A stretch of 55,568 nt of DNA from Candidatus Woesearchaeota archaeon (GTDB taxonomy: Archaea > Nanobdellota > Nanobdellia > Pacearchaeales > GW2011-AR1): contig CAYPDP010000004.1 in assembly GCA_964409555.1 (NCBI GenBank), positions 1 to 55,568 on the forward strand, given 5' to 3'. The first letter of the stretch is position 1, and every line of letters begins with the position of its first letter. The position numbers and the translations under genes are program-made. The notes under the pieces were generated by a model that made no database searches, was not told where the DNA came from, and was given only the letters and a program-made list of their open reading frames with translations. Shown piece after piece: positions 36,634-46,466 of the stretch.

Positions 36634-37547
36634 TTTAATTTCATTGTTAGTAATTTATTTTTAGCACCAAAATATTTTATTACAGATTCACTCTCTCTTA
36701 ATCCTAATTTTAAACATTCAGAAATACTTTTCTTTACAATAATTCCTGCAACAAATCCTGAAGCAAAAGCATCTCCTGCACCTGTTCTTTCAATAACTTT
36801 TATTTTATTAGGTTTTAATTTATAGATTTCTCCAGAATAAGAATCATAACATTGCATTGGCTTATTTCTATCAGTAATTACTATTATCTTAGGACCTAAT
36901 CTATTTAATCCTTTTAATAAGTCATTATCTTTAGTTAACATTCTTGCCTCTTCTTTATTTAAAATTAATATCTCTGTAATTCTTAACAAATCTTTTATTT
37001 CTTCAAATTTTCTTTTTATTAAATATTCACTTGGATTAAATGCTAATTTCACTTTTCTTTTTTTTCTTAAATATCTTGCAAGTTGTATTTGTGTTTTAAA
37101 ACTTTTTTCAAGAAGAGAAGAATAATAAATCCATTTTGTTTTTATTTTCCTAAGTTTTAATTCATCCATTGATAAATCATTATTCGGTCCTTTATAAGTA
37201 AGAATTGTTCTATTATCTTCCTTACTATCTAGAATTATTGAATATCCATTTGAAACTTTCTTTTTTACCATTCCTAGAAATTTTATTTTTTCTTTTTTTA
37301 ATGAATCAAGAATAGATTTGGTATTTGTATCTAACCCTATTTTTCCAATATACCCTGTTTTTAATCCTAGTCTTGAAAAAGCAACAGCAGTATTTGTTCC
37401 TCCACCACCTATGTCAAATTTTACATTTTCAATAAGAATTTTACTTCCAACAGGATAACTCATGAATTTTCCTTTTTCTGGGAAATCAGTATCTACAAAA
37501 ATATCCATAACTGCACTTCCAAAAGTTATCACATCAAATTTAGTCAT
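36630..37547 (-). CDS. PfkB-family carbohydrate kinase
   Basis: GGGGTNTAV, RTGAGDAFASG. Confidence 0.88.
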   Translation of the reverse strand: MTKFDVITFGSAVMDIFVDTDFPEKGKFMSYPVGSKILIENVKFDIGGGGTNTAVAFSRLGLKTGYIGKIGLDTNTKSILDSLKKEKIKFLGMVKKKVSNGYSIILDSKEDNRTILTYKGPNNDLSMDELKLRKIKTKWIYYSSLLEKSFKTQIQLARYLRKKRKVKLAFNPSEYLIKRKFEEIKDLLRITEILILNKEEARMLTKDNDLLKGLNRLGPKIIVITDRNKPMQCYDSYSGEIYKLKPNKIKVIERTGAGDAFASGFVAGIIVKKSISECLKLGLRESESVIKYFGAKNKLLTMKLK

Positions 37548-37629
37548 TTTGCCTCTTTTTATAATTTCATTAAGAAAAATTGAATTTTAAATGTTTTGTA
37601 TTTGGGAGATTAATTAATTTTCAAATCTT

Positions 37630-38784
37630 TCAAAAAGTATTCTTCTTCAGTAAAATATATTCTGCATGACTCCACCCCAAAGGAAAAGCCCACATTATTA
37701 AATTTTCTCCATGATTTTTTTTACTATTTGATTTATAAAATTTTTCTGACTTATTCATTCCTTTAAGTATTCTTGAATTAAATTCAACTTCATTTTCTTT
37801 CCATAAATTATATTCTTCTTTTACTGAAACATGTTCTGGTAAATATCCATTTGTTTTTTTTGCTATTTTCTCAATCCAATTACTATACAATTTGTATTTC
37901 TTAGTATTTCCTAATTTCTTTTGAAATCTTCCCATCCATGCAGTAAAAATTATCCAACCACCGCTACCTCCAGTATACCAGTGCCAATCTTTTGTAACTT
38001 CAAATTTTCTAAATCTTCTAAATCCTCCAATTTCACTATAAAATAATTTTGTTTCAATATGATTTAATGTATTTTTTAAAATCTTTTTTGAATCTTCTAA
38101 ATTAAAATAAATTGGCGCCATTTGAGAAATATCTGTAACTTCTGGAAATCTTAAATTTTTCATGTAAAGCCCAGTTTTTTTATTAAACATCTTTTTTTTA
38201 ATATTGTGATGTATTTTTCTTGCTTTTTCTTTCCATAATAAAGATTCTTTTTTTTTCTTAAGAATTCTTGCAATTTCTGAAGCATCATATAATCCTCTTG
38301 TACAAGCACAATTAGTCCAAAGTTCATAACCTCTTTCAAGTCTATAAAGTTCATGTATGCTTGTTTCTGTTTCTATTAAATTTTTCTTAACAAATCTAAA
38401 AACAATATTGCAACATTTTTCCACTAATGGCCACATCTCTTCTAAAAACTCTCTGTCATTTGTATGAAGATAAGTATCGTAAATTCCGTGCAGAACAAGA
38501 CCAGTATTATCATGTTGATGTTTTCTTGATACACTTGGTAATCCTGATTGATGGTACCTGTGAAATATTTCTTTATGATGCTCTAAATTTGAAAATTTAT
38601 TAATAAAACGATAAAAATTTTTAGACCTTTCTCCAAGATTAACTCTATTAAATGCCTTAGTTATTATTACTGCATCCCTTACATAAATATAAGGGTAGGC
38701 TCCATTTAAAGGGGTTGCAATAATTCCGCCATTTTTTAATTGCAATTCTTCAAGTATTTTTATGCTTTTTTTAAGTAAATCCAT
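37630..38784 (-). CDS. GH15 glucoamylase-like hydrolase
   Basis: GGIIA...YIYVRDA, QHDNTG, PLGWSHAEY. Confidence 0.8.
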   Translation of the reverse strand: MDLLKKSIKILEELQLKNGGIIATPLNGAYPYIYVRDAVIITKAFNRVNLGERSKNFYRFINKFSNLEHHKEIFHRYHQSGLPSVSRKHQHDNTGLVLHGIYDTYLHTNDREFLEEMWPLVEKCCNIVFRFVKKNLIETETSIHELYRLERGYELWTNCACTRGLYDASEIARILKKKKESLLWKEKARKIHHNIKKKMFNKKTGLYMKNLRFPEVTDISQMAPIYFNLEDSKKILKNTLNHIETKLFYSEIGGFRRFRKFEVTKDWHWYTGGSGGWIIFTAWMGRFQKKLGNTKKYKLYSNWIEKIAKKTNGYLPEHVSVKEEYNLWKENEVEFNSRILKGMNKSEKFYKSNSKKNHGENLIMWAFPLGWSHAEYILLKKNTF

Positions 38785-38884
38785 TTTCCTCTTTTCATTT
38801 TTTAAAGGATAAATGTGTTTAAAAAAGTGTTGAAATATGCAATTAATAAAATAATTGATTTTTGATTTTTGATTTTTAATTATT

Positions 38885-39556
38885 TTAGAATAATTTAATT
38901 ATTATAATAACTCCAATAATTATGCTTATAATTCCAGCAATTATTTCTAAAATTTTATCTAATTTATTTATTTTTGATAAAAATATTAATTGTGTAGAAA
39001 TTATCCCACTAATTAAAAACATTCCAAAAATTGAACCTATTCCAAAAATCAAAATAAATATTAATCCTTGTGTAATTGAATTTATAGAAGCTGTCACTAA
39101 AAGCATTAAGACCGCACTTCCGGCAAGACCATGAATTAAACCTATTAAAAAAGATTTATGATTATGGGATAATTGTTTCTTAGATGAATGTTTATAGTTA
39201 TAATTAGATTTATCATTTTTAATAAAATATTTCATTTTATTTTTAGAAATTAATCTATTGTATAATATTTCTAAACCTAAAAAAATTAAAACAATACCTA
39301 CAATAAATTCAAAACCTAATGCAATTCTTTCTGAAATATTTATTTTAAAAATTAAGATTAATAATCCTACAAAAAATAAAGTTGTTGTATGCCCAATTCC
39401 CCAACTAATTCCTAAAATCAATGATTTTTTTAAATTTTTATTTTTACTTATAATTGTTGAAACTGCAACAAAGTGATCTGTATCTAATGCATGCTTTAAC
39501 CCTAATAAAAAACCAAACCCTAAAATCGAAAGAAAATAAATTGAAAAAAATTCCAT
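38885..39556 (-). CDS. NiCoT/UreH-like nickel-cobalt transporter
   Basis: GLKHALDTDH, WGIGHT, GLIHGLAGS. Confidence 0.72.
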   Translation of the reverse strand: MEFFSIYFLSILGFGFLLGLKHALDTDHFVAVSTIISKNKNLKKSLILGISWGIGHTTTLFFVGLLILIFKINISERIALGFEFIVGIVLIFLGLEILYNRLISKNKMKYFIKNDKSNYNYKHSSKKQLSHNHKSFLIGLIHGLAGSAVLMLLVTASINSITQGLIFILIFGIGSIFGMFLISGIISTQLIFLSKINKLDKILEIIAGIISIIIGVIIIIKLF

Positions 39557-39572
39557 TTTAATTTTATTTTAT

Positions 39573-40748
39573 TTAATTTAAAACTTCAATTCCAGGAAGT
39601 TTTTCTCCAGCAATATATCTTGCCAAAGCTCCACCACTAAGGCTTATATGACTAAATTTTTTTAAAGATATTCTTGATTTTTTAACTGCATCATTCAAAT
39701 GCCCTCCCCCAATTAAAGAAAACCCTTTATTTTTAGATATCGCATTTAATATTTCAAAAGTTCCTTTGCAAAAATTATTATCTACACATTCTCCAACAGG
39801 GCCCTTCATGAAAATTGATTTTGATTTTTTTATTTCATTAATATATGATTTAATAGTTTTTTCTCCAATATCATATATTTCATAATTACTTGGAAAATCA
39901 TTAATTGAAATCTCTTTTCTGGATTTTTTTATTTTAACAGCAAAATCAATAGGAGTCATAATTTTTTTTGAATTTAAAAAATATTTTATTATTTTTTTTG
40001 ATTTATTTATAATATCTATTTTATCTTTTAAATATTCATTCTGAGCTCCAAAATTAAAACCTTGGGAAATTAAACATAATTGTCCAAAAAGGCCACCTGT
40101 TAAAATTTTTATCTTCTTTTTTTTAAGAGAATTAATCAATCTTAAATTGTCTTCAGGTTTTGCCCCTCCTAAAATAAATAATGAACTTTTATTTTTTATT
40201 TTTTTTAAAGATTTTACTTCTTTTTCAAGAAGTCTCCCTGCACAATGCGGAAGATATTTTGGTATTTTTATTATAGATGTTTGATTTCTATGACAAACTG
40301 AAAATGCATCATTAATATAAAAATCTACAAGAGGTATCAGAATTTTTATTATTTTATTATTTTTTTTATCTGGTTTAAATTCATCTTCTATAAATCTTAT
40401 ATTTTCTAAAAGAATTACCTCTCCAGATTTTAATTTTTTAATTTCATTTACAGCATTTTTACCTAAAATATCTGAAATAAATTTCACTTTTACATATTTA
40501 TTTAAAAATCTTGCATGTTGTTTTAAACTTACAAAATCTTTTTTTCCAGGACGTCCTTGATGAGCTAAAATAATTATTTTTGCTTTTTGCTTTTTTAATT
40601 CTTTTATTGTTTCTGAAGAAGATTTTATTCTCTTAGATTCTACTACTTTATTTTTTCCCTTATTAATTAATGAAATAACATCTGAATTTAAATCAACCCT
40701 TAACAAAACTTTTTTATTTTTAAAATTAAAATCAGAAATAGTTTTCAT
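39573..40748 (-). CDS. pgk: Phosphoglycerate kinase
   Basis: RVDLN, AHQGRPG, LLENIRF, NDAF, GGAK, GGGH, SLSGGA. Confidence 0.95.
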   Translation of the reverse strand: MKTISDFNFKNKKVLLRVDLNSDVISLINKGKNKVVESKRIKSSSETIKELKKQKAKIIILAHQGRPGKKDFVSLKQHARFLNKYVKVKFISDILGKNAVNEIKKLKSGEVILLENIRFIEDEFKPDKKNNKIIKILIPLVDFYINDAFSVCHRNQTSIIKIPKYLPHCAGRLLEKEVKSLKKIKNKSSLFILGGAKPEDNLRLINSLKKKKIKILTGGLFGQLCLISQGFNFGAQNEYLKDKIDIINKSKKIIKYFLNSKKIMTPIDFAVKIKKSRKEISINDFPSNYEIYDIGEKTIKSYINEIKKSKSIFMKGPVGECVDNNFCKGTFEILNAISKNKGFSLIGGGHLNDAVKKSRISLKKFSHISLSGGALARYIAGEKLPGIEVLN

Positions 40749-40756
40749 TATAACTA

Positions 40757-41749
40757 TTACCTGTATTTAGAAATTAAATTTATCATATCAATCATTCTTG
40801 AACTATAACCATATTCATTATCATACCAAGATAAAACTTTTATAGTATTTCCTAAAGTCATAGTAGAAAGTCCGTCAACAATTGAAGAATGAGGATTTTT
40901 AATTATGTCTGAAGATACTATTTCATCTTCTGTATAATCTAAAATACCTTTTAATTTTCCTAAAGAAGCTTTTTTTAATTCTTTATTTACCTGTTCTTTT
41001 GTTACTTTAATTTTAAGTTCAGCAACAAAATCTACAACACTGCCTGAAGCAATTGGGACTCTCATTGCTAATCCATCAAGACGACCTTTTAATTCAGGAA
41101 TTACTTCGCAAACAGCAGTTGTGGCTCCAGAAGTTGTTGGAATAATATTCAAACCAGCAGTCCTTCCTCTTCTTAATTTTTTATGAGGTGAATCTAAAAG
41201 TTTTTGACTTGTAGTGTAACCATGAATTGTTGTCATGAATCCTTTTTTTATTCCGAATTTATCATTAAGAATTTTAGCAACAGGTGCAAGACAATTAGTT
41301 GTACAACTTGCAACAGAAATTATATTATGTTTTTTAGTAAGTTGTTTCTCATTAACTCCAACAACAATAGTTATATCCGAATTTTTAACAGGGGCTGATA
41401 CAAGAACTTTCTTTGCTCCAGCCTTAATATGTTTTTCAATTTTATTCTTCTCCCTAAATAAACCAGTAGATTCTATAACAATATCTACACCTAATTCTTT
41501 CCAAGGTAAATTTTCAGGATTTTCTTCAGAAAGAATTTTTATTTTTTTATTATTGATTTTTATAAAATCTTTTCCAATTTCAATTTTTTTATTATAATTT
41601 CCGTAAACAGAATCATACTTTAATAAATAAGAAATTGTTTTAATATCTGTTAAATCATTAATCGCAACAATATTAATTCCTTTTTCAAGCCCTATTTTTA
41701 ATATGTGTCTTCCAATTCTTCCCAAACCATTAATTGCAACTTTAACCAT
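40757..41749 (-). CDS. gap: Glyceraldehyde-3-phosphate dehydrogenase, bacterial class I
   Basis: NGLGRIG, ASCTTNCLAP, WYDNEYGY. Confidence 0.95.
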   Translation of the reverse strand: MVKVAINGLGRIGRHILKIGLEKGINIVAINDLTDIKTISYLLKYDSVYGNYNKKIEIGKDFIKINNKKIKILSEENPENLPWKELGVDIVIESTGLFREKNKIEKHIKAGAKKVLVSAPVKNSDITIVVGVNEKQLTKKHNIISVASCTTNCLAPVAKILNDKFGIKKGFMTTIHGYTTSQKLLDSPHKKLRRGRTAGLNIIPTTSGATTAVCEVIPELKGRLDGLAMRVPIASGSVVDFVAELKIKVTKEQVNKELKKASLGKLKGILDYTEDEIVSSDIIKNPHSSIVDGLSTMTLGNTIKVLSWYDNEYGYSSRMIDMINLISKYR

Positions 41750-41817
41750 TTTAACCTCTTTTATTAAAATAGATGGAATAAATGTTTAATAAAGTTTTCG
41801 AGTTATTAATTTGAATA

Positions 41818-42384
41818 TTAAAAAGAATTAATATTAGAATTTATTAAATCTAAAAGATATTCTGGAACCATATCACAAATATTTTCCCCTTTTTTTAATT
41901 TATTTCTAATCTTTGAAGAAGAGACTGAAGATAAAGAAGAGTATTCTATAATTTCCTGTCTTTTTTGAACGTATTCTCTAACTTCTTCATCTACTGGAAT
42001 TCCTTTTCTTTCAAGTATAATTAATTTAGGAAATTTAAGAAAAAATTTTAATTCTTTAAATTTAAATAAACTATTTGTTGGTGGAAAATGATTAAAAACA
42101 TCTGATCCAAGAATCATTGAATCATAATTTTCTGGATTTAATGAATATAATCTATTTTCAATATTTTTTATAAGAGGAAATATATGAATTTTTTCAGTTA
42201 ATTTTTCTTTTTTTAAAACTAATTCCAACATATTAATTCTTAACTCATAATTTAATTTATGTTTTTGTTTATTTCCTACAAGAAAATCAATATGTTTAAC
42301 TTCTTTGAGACCTATTTTTATTAAAGAAATATGCCCTTTGTGAATTGGGTCAATTCCTGCAACAATTAATCCTTTTTCTAACAT
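41818..42384 (-). CDS. HIGH-motif nucleotidyltransferase (NadD/CoaD-like)
   Basis: DPIHKGH, VSSSKIR. Confidence 0.75.
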   Translation of the reverse strand: MLEKGLIVAGIDPIHKGHISLIKIGLKEVKHIDFLVGNKQKHKLNYELRINMLELVLKKEKLTEKIHIFPLIKNIENRLYSLNPENYDSMILGSDVFNHFPPTNSLFKFKELKFFLKFPKLIILERKGIPVDEEVREYVQKRQEIIEYSSLSSVSSSKIRNKLKKGENICDMVPEYLLDLINSNINSF

Positions 42385-42462
42385 AAAATTTAATTAAAAT
42401 TTTGATTTAAAAATTTATAGATATTAGAAAACCATAAAAACCATTTCTTTCTTTTGTAAATT

Positions 42463-43317
42463 ATGAAACACACTATAAAACTTGTAAATGAACTTGAAAA
42501 AGAATTCAAGAGTACAATAAAAAAATATAAATTATGTAATAAAAAAGAAAAAGTTCTTGTAGCTTTGTCAGGAGGGAAAGATTCAACAACTGTTGCCTAT
42601 TTATTAAAAAAATTAGGATATAATATTGAAGGAATACATCTTGATTTGAAAATAGGAAATTATAGTGAGAGATGTTTAGATGCAGTTAAAGAGTTGTGTG
42701 AGGATTTGAATATAGAACTTCATGTTTATGATTTGAAAAAAGAAATGGGAAGTGGTATTTGTTATTTGCGCTCGGCAATTCAAGCAAAACCAGAGATGAA
42801 GGGTAAAATCAAAAATTGTGCTATTTGTGGAGTTATAAAGAAATGGATATTTAATCGGGAAGCTAAAAAATTAAAAGCAAGTAAAATTGCAACAGGCCAT
42901 AATCTTGATGATGAGTGTCAAACTTTTTTAATGAATGTGTTTAAAGCAAGTTTAAAATTAAGTGCAAACATTGGACCAATAACAAGAAATATTTCTGAAA
43001 TTTTTGATGGAAAATTTGTTTCAAGAATAAAACCTTTATTTTATATTTTAGAAGATGACATAAGAGAATATAGTAAAATAAAAAAACTTCCTGTTGTTTA
43101 TGAAAAATGTCCTTGTTCGCTGGATTCTTACAGAGTTCAAATAAGAAATTTTTTAGAAAATGTTTCTGGAAAAGATAAAAAAAATATAATAAAAAATTTT
43201 GATAGGATTTATAAAAGAATTGAAAAAATAAAAGATACAAGATTTATGGAATGTAAAAAATGTGGGGAGCCTTCAAGAAAAGATTTATGTAAAAAATGTG
43301 AATTAGTTAAATTTTAA
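42463..43317 (+). CDS. TtuA/TtcA/Ctu1-family tRNA 2-thiolation enzyme
   Basis: SGGKDS, CAIC, GHNLDD, KCP, C-terminal CxxC..CxxC. Confidence 0.85.
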   Translation: MKHTIKLVNELEKEFKSTIKKYKLCNKKEKVLVALSGGKDSTTVAYLLKKLGYNIEGIHLDLKIGNYSERCLDAVKELCEDLNIELHVYDLKKEMGSGICYLRSAIQAKPEMKGKIKNCAICGVIKKWIFNREAKKLKASKIATGHNLDDECQTFLMNVFKASLKLSANIGPITRNISEIFDGKFVSRIKPLFYILEDDIREYSKIKKLPVVYEKCPCSLDSYRVQIRNFLENVSGKDKKNIIKNFDRIYKRIEKIKDTRFMECKKCGEPSRKDLCKKCELVKF

Positions 43318-43446
43318 TTAATTTTCAAAGAAAAATTACGTTCAGTGTTTTTTCACACTCAGACTTTTCGTGCAAACCCATTTTCTGTTATTATATTTTA
43401 ATGCATACAAATATTTAAATACTCTAACTTTTTATTAAATCTAATT

Positions 43447-43494
43447 ATACAATGGGTTGTTATAAAAATATACTTATAATACAATATGTTGTAT
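43447..43494 (+). promoter_or_regulatory. Tandem NrdR boxes flanking a TATA-like element
   Basis: ataCAATGGGTTGtta (43447-43462) and ataCAATATGTTGtat (43479-43494), 32 bp apart; ttataaaa lies between them. Confidence 0.7.
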
Positions 43495-43504
43495 GTTAAC
43501 AAAA

Positions 43505-43948
43505 ATGAAGTGCCCGTATTGTTCAAATACATCATTCAAAGTAACAGATAAAAGAGACTCTCCTGAGGGAATAAGGAGGCGAAGAGAGTGTTTAAATCAG
43601 AAATGTAAAAAAAGATTTACAACTTATGAAATAGTAGAGAAAAAAGAAATATATGTCATAAAAAAAGATTCGACTAGGGAAAAATTTTCTGGGGAAAAAC
43701 TCAAATCAGGTATTTACAGAGCATTTGAAAAGCGACCTGTGTCCAAAGATAAGATAGATAAAATAATAGAGGAAATAAAAGAACAAATTATGAAAAAAGG
43801 TAAAAAAGAAATTAAAACTTCAATTATTGGTGAAATGATTATGAAAAAAATAAAAAAACTTGACAATGTTGCATACATAAGATTTGCATCTGTTTATAAA
43901 AATTTTCAAGATTTAAATGATTTCAAACACGCTTTAAAAGAAATTTAA
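43505..43948 (+). CDS. nrdR: Transcriptional repressor NrdR
   Basis: MKCPYC, RRRREC...C..RFTTYE, ATP cone, YIRFASVY; start moved to ATG 43505. Confidence 0.95.
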   Translation: MKCPYCSNTSFKVTDKRDSPEGIRRRRECLNQKCKKRFTTYEIVEKKEIYVIKKDSTREKFSGEKLKSGIYRAFEKRPVSKDKIDKIIEEIKEQIMKKGKKEIKTSIIGEMIMKKIKKLDNVAYIRFASVYKNFQDLNDFKHALKEI

Positions 43949-43956
43949 AAAATAAA

Positions 43957-46374
43957 ATGGTAAAAACAGAATTATATTCAGAAGAAAGTTATTTTGGAAT
44001 TAAACCTGAAATAAGTGGGAATTCTAAAACAGTATTAGAAAGAAGATATTTAACAAAAGATTTAGAGGGAAAAATTATTGAATCTCCTGCTGGAATGTTT
44101 TATCGTGTTGCAGAAAATATCGCTAAAGCAGATTTAAAATATGATTCTAAAACTAATATTGAAGAAACAATAGAAACATTTTATAATCTTATGGCAAAAG
44201 GAGAGTTTATGCCTAATTCTCCAACACTAATGAATGCGGGGAAAAATTTACAACAATTATCTGGTTGTTTTGTTTTACCTGTTGGAGACTCAATAGAAGA
44301 AATTTTTGATACTTTAAAATATACAGCATTAATTCATAAGAGTGGTGGTGGAACAGGATTTTCATTTTCAAAACTTAGACCTTCTGAAAGTAGTGTTGCT
44401 TCAACAAGTGGTGTTGCGAGTGGTCCAATCTCTTTTATGAGAGTTTATGATGGTGCAACAGAAGAAATTAAACAGGGTGGAACACGTAGAGGTGCAAACA
44501 TGGGTATTTTAAGAGTAGACCATCCAGATATAATGAAATTTATTTCTTGTAAAGATTCTGAAAAAGGACTTAATAATTTTAATCTTTCAGTTGCCTTAAC
44601 AAAAAAATTTATGGATAAAGTTGAAAAAGGAGAAAATTATTTTTTATATAATCCTCATACTGGGGAAAAAGAAGGAGAACTTAATGCAAAAGAAGTTTTT
44701 AATGAAATTTCAAAACATGCATGGAATAAAGGTGATCCAGGAATTATTTTTATTGATAGAATAAATGAATATAATCCCACCCCACAAGTTGGAGAAATAG
44801 AAAGTACTAATCCTTGCGGAGAACAACCTCTTCTCCCTTATGAGTCATGTAATTTAGGTTCTATCAATCTTTCAAAAGTTTTAAAATTAAAAAAAGAAAA
44901 TTTAGAAGGAAAATTAAAAGGAATTGGTGATAAAGAAGTTGATTGGAAAAAATTAGAAAAAGTAGTTGAAACTTCAGTTCATTTATTAGATAATGTAATT
45001 GATATGAATAAATATCCTCTTAAAAAAATTGATGAAACTACTAAATCTAATAGAAAAATTGGTTTAGGTATTATGGGATTTGCAGATACATTAATGGAAT
45101 TAGGAATTAAATATGATTCAAAAGAAGGAATAGAAATGGCAGAGAAAATTATGAACTCAATAGATGTTTTTGGAAAAAAAGCCTCAATAAAATTAGCAAA
45201 AAAGAAAGGAGTTTTTCCGAATTGGGAAGGAAGTATTTATGATAAAAGAAGTGAATATTTTAAAGGAGATAATTTAAATTTAAGAAATGCAACAGTTACA
45301 ACAATTGCACCAACCGGAACAATAAGTATTATTGCAAATGCAAGTAGTGGAATGGAACCTTTATTTGCTGTTGCTTATACTCGAACAGTAATGGATAAAG
45401 ATAAATTAGTTGAAGTTAATCCCTTGTTTAAAAAAGTTGCAAAAGATAATGGTTTTTATTCTGAAAATTTAATGAAAAAAATTGCAGAAAATGGAAGTTT
45501 AGAAGGGTTGGATGAAATTCCTGATGAAGTTAAAAATATATTTAGAACAGCCCAGGAAATAAGTCCAGAATGGCATATTAAAATGCAAGCAGCGTTTCAA
45601 AAATATACAGATAATGCTGTTAGTAAAACAATTAATATGTCTAATAATGTAACAATTGAAGATGTTCAGAAAGCTTATCTATTAGCATATGAATTAGGAT
45701 GTAAGGGTTTAACAATTTATAGAGATGGGAGCAGAGATGAGCAGGTTTTAACTACTGGTAAAAATAAGAAACAGGGAAAATTAGAAGAAATAAGTATGAA
45801 AAATCCTCTAAAACCATCCAAAATAATGCCTGCTATTAAAGTTACACAAGAAACTCCTTTTGGAAATATGCATACTTTTGTAGTTTTAGATCCTTTTAGA
45901 AATTATAAAGAGGTTGAAACATTTAGTACTATTGGAAATGCAGGAGGAATTGAAGCAGCTACTTTAGAAGGTATAGGAAGAATGAGTTCAATGTGGCTCA
46001 GAAATGGTGGAAATATTCAAAAAATTATAGATCAATACATCAAACTTGGATCAGGCACTACTACAATCTCTAGAGCAGGAGGAGTACAATCTTTAGAAAT
46101 GGGATTTGGAAAAGCATTACAAAAATATATATTAGCTAAAGAAGAACATTCTATTGAAGATATATTTACTGGTAAAACAGATTTAGATAAACTTGATGGG
46201 GAAGTTTCAGACATGATAAGAAAAGGTCAAATTAATGGAAATAATAAAAATAATGAAACTTCATCTTCAGATAAATTAATTTATAAAAAAAGATGTCCTG
46301 ATTGTTCAAATATACTTAGTATAAGTGAGGGATGTAATGTCTGTCGTTCTTGTGGATATAGTGATTGTAGTTAA
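43957..46374 (+). CDS. nrdJ: Class II (B12-dependent) ribonucleotide reductase
   Basis: PNSPTLMNAG, TNPCGEQPL, ESCNLGS, TIAPTGT, C-terminal Zn ribbon; no intein. Confidence 0.92.
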   Translation: MVKTELYSEESYFGIKPEISGNSKTVLERRYLTKDLEGKIIESPAGMFYRVAENIAKADLKYDSKTNIEETIETFYNLMAKGEFMPNSPTLMNAGKNLQQLSGCFVLPVGDSIEEIFDTLKYTALIHKSGGGTGFSFSKLRPSESSVASTSGVASGPISFMRVYDGATEEIKQGGTRRGANMGILRVDHPDIMKFISCKDSEKGLNNFNLSVALTKKFMDKVEKGENYFLYNPHTGEKEGELNAKEVFNEISKHAWNKGDPGIIFIDRINEYNPTPQVGEIESTNPCGEQPLLPYESCNLGSINLSKVLKLKKENLEGKLKGIGDKEVDWKKLEKVVETSVHLLDNVIDMNKYPLKKIDETTKSNRKIGLGIMGFADTLMELGIKYDSKEGIEMAEKIMNSIDVFGKKASIKLAKKKGVFPNWEGSIYDKRSEYFKGDNLNLRNATVTTIAPTGTISIIANASSGMEPLFAVAYTRTVMDKDKLVEVNPLFKKVAKDNGFYSENLMKKIAENGSLEGLDEIPDEVKNIFRTAQEISPEWHIKMQAAFQKYTDNAVSKTINMSNNVTIEDVQKAYLLAYELGCKGLTIYRDGSRDEQVLTTGKNKKQGKLEEISMKNPLKPSKIMPAIKVTQETPFGNMHTFVVLDPFRNYKEVETFSTIGNAGGIEAATLEGIGRMSSMWLRNGGNIQKIIDQYIKLGSGTTTISRAGGVQSLEMGFGKALQKYILAKEEHSIEDIFTGKTDLDKLDGEVSDMIRKGQINGNNKNNETSSSDKLIYKKRCPDCSNILSISEGCNVCRSCGYSDCS

Positions 46375-46466
46375 ATAAAAAATTTAACAAGATTTATCTC
46401 AAATTCAACTTATTTTTAATTTCCTTTAATCCAAATATCTAGTGAATGTTAAAAAATTTAATTTTT

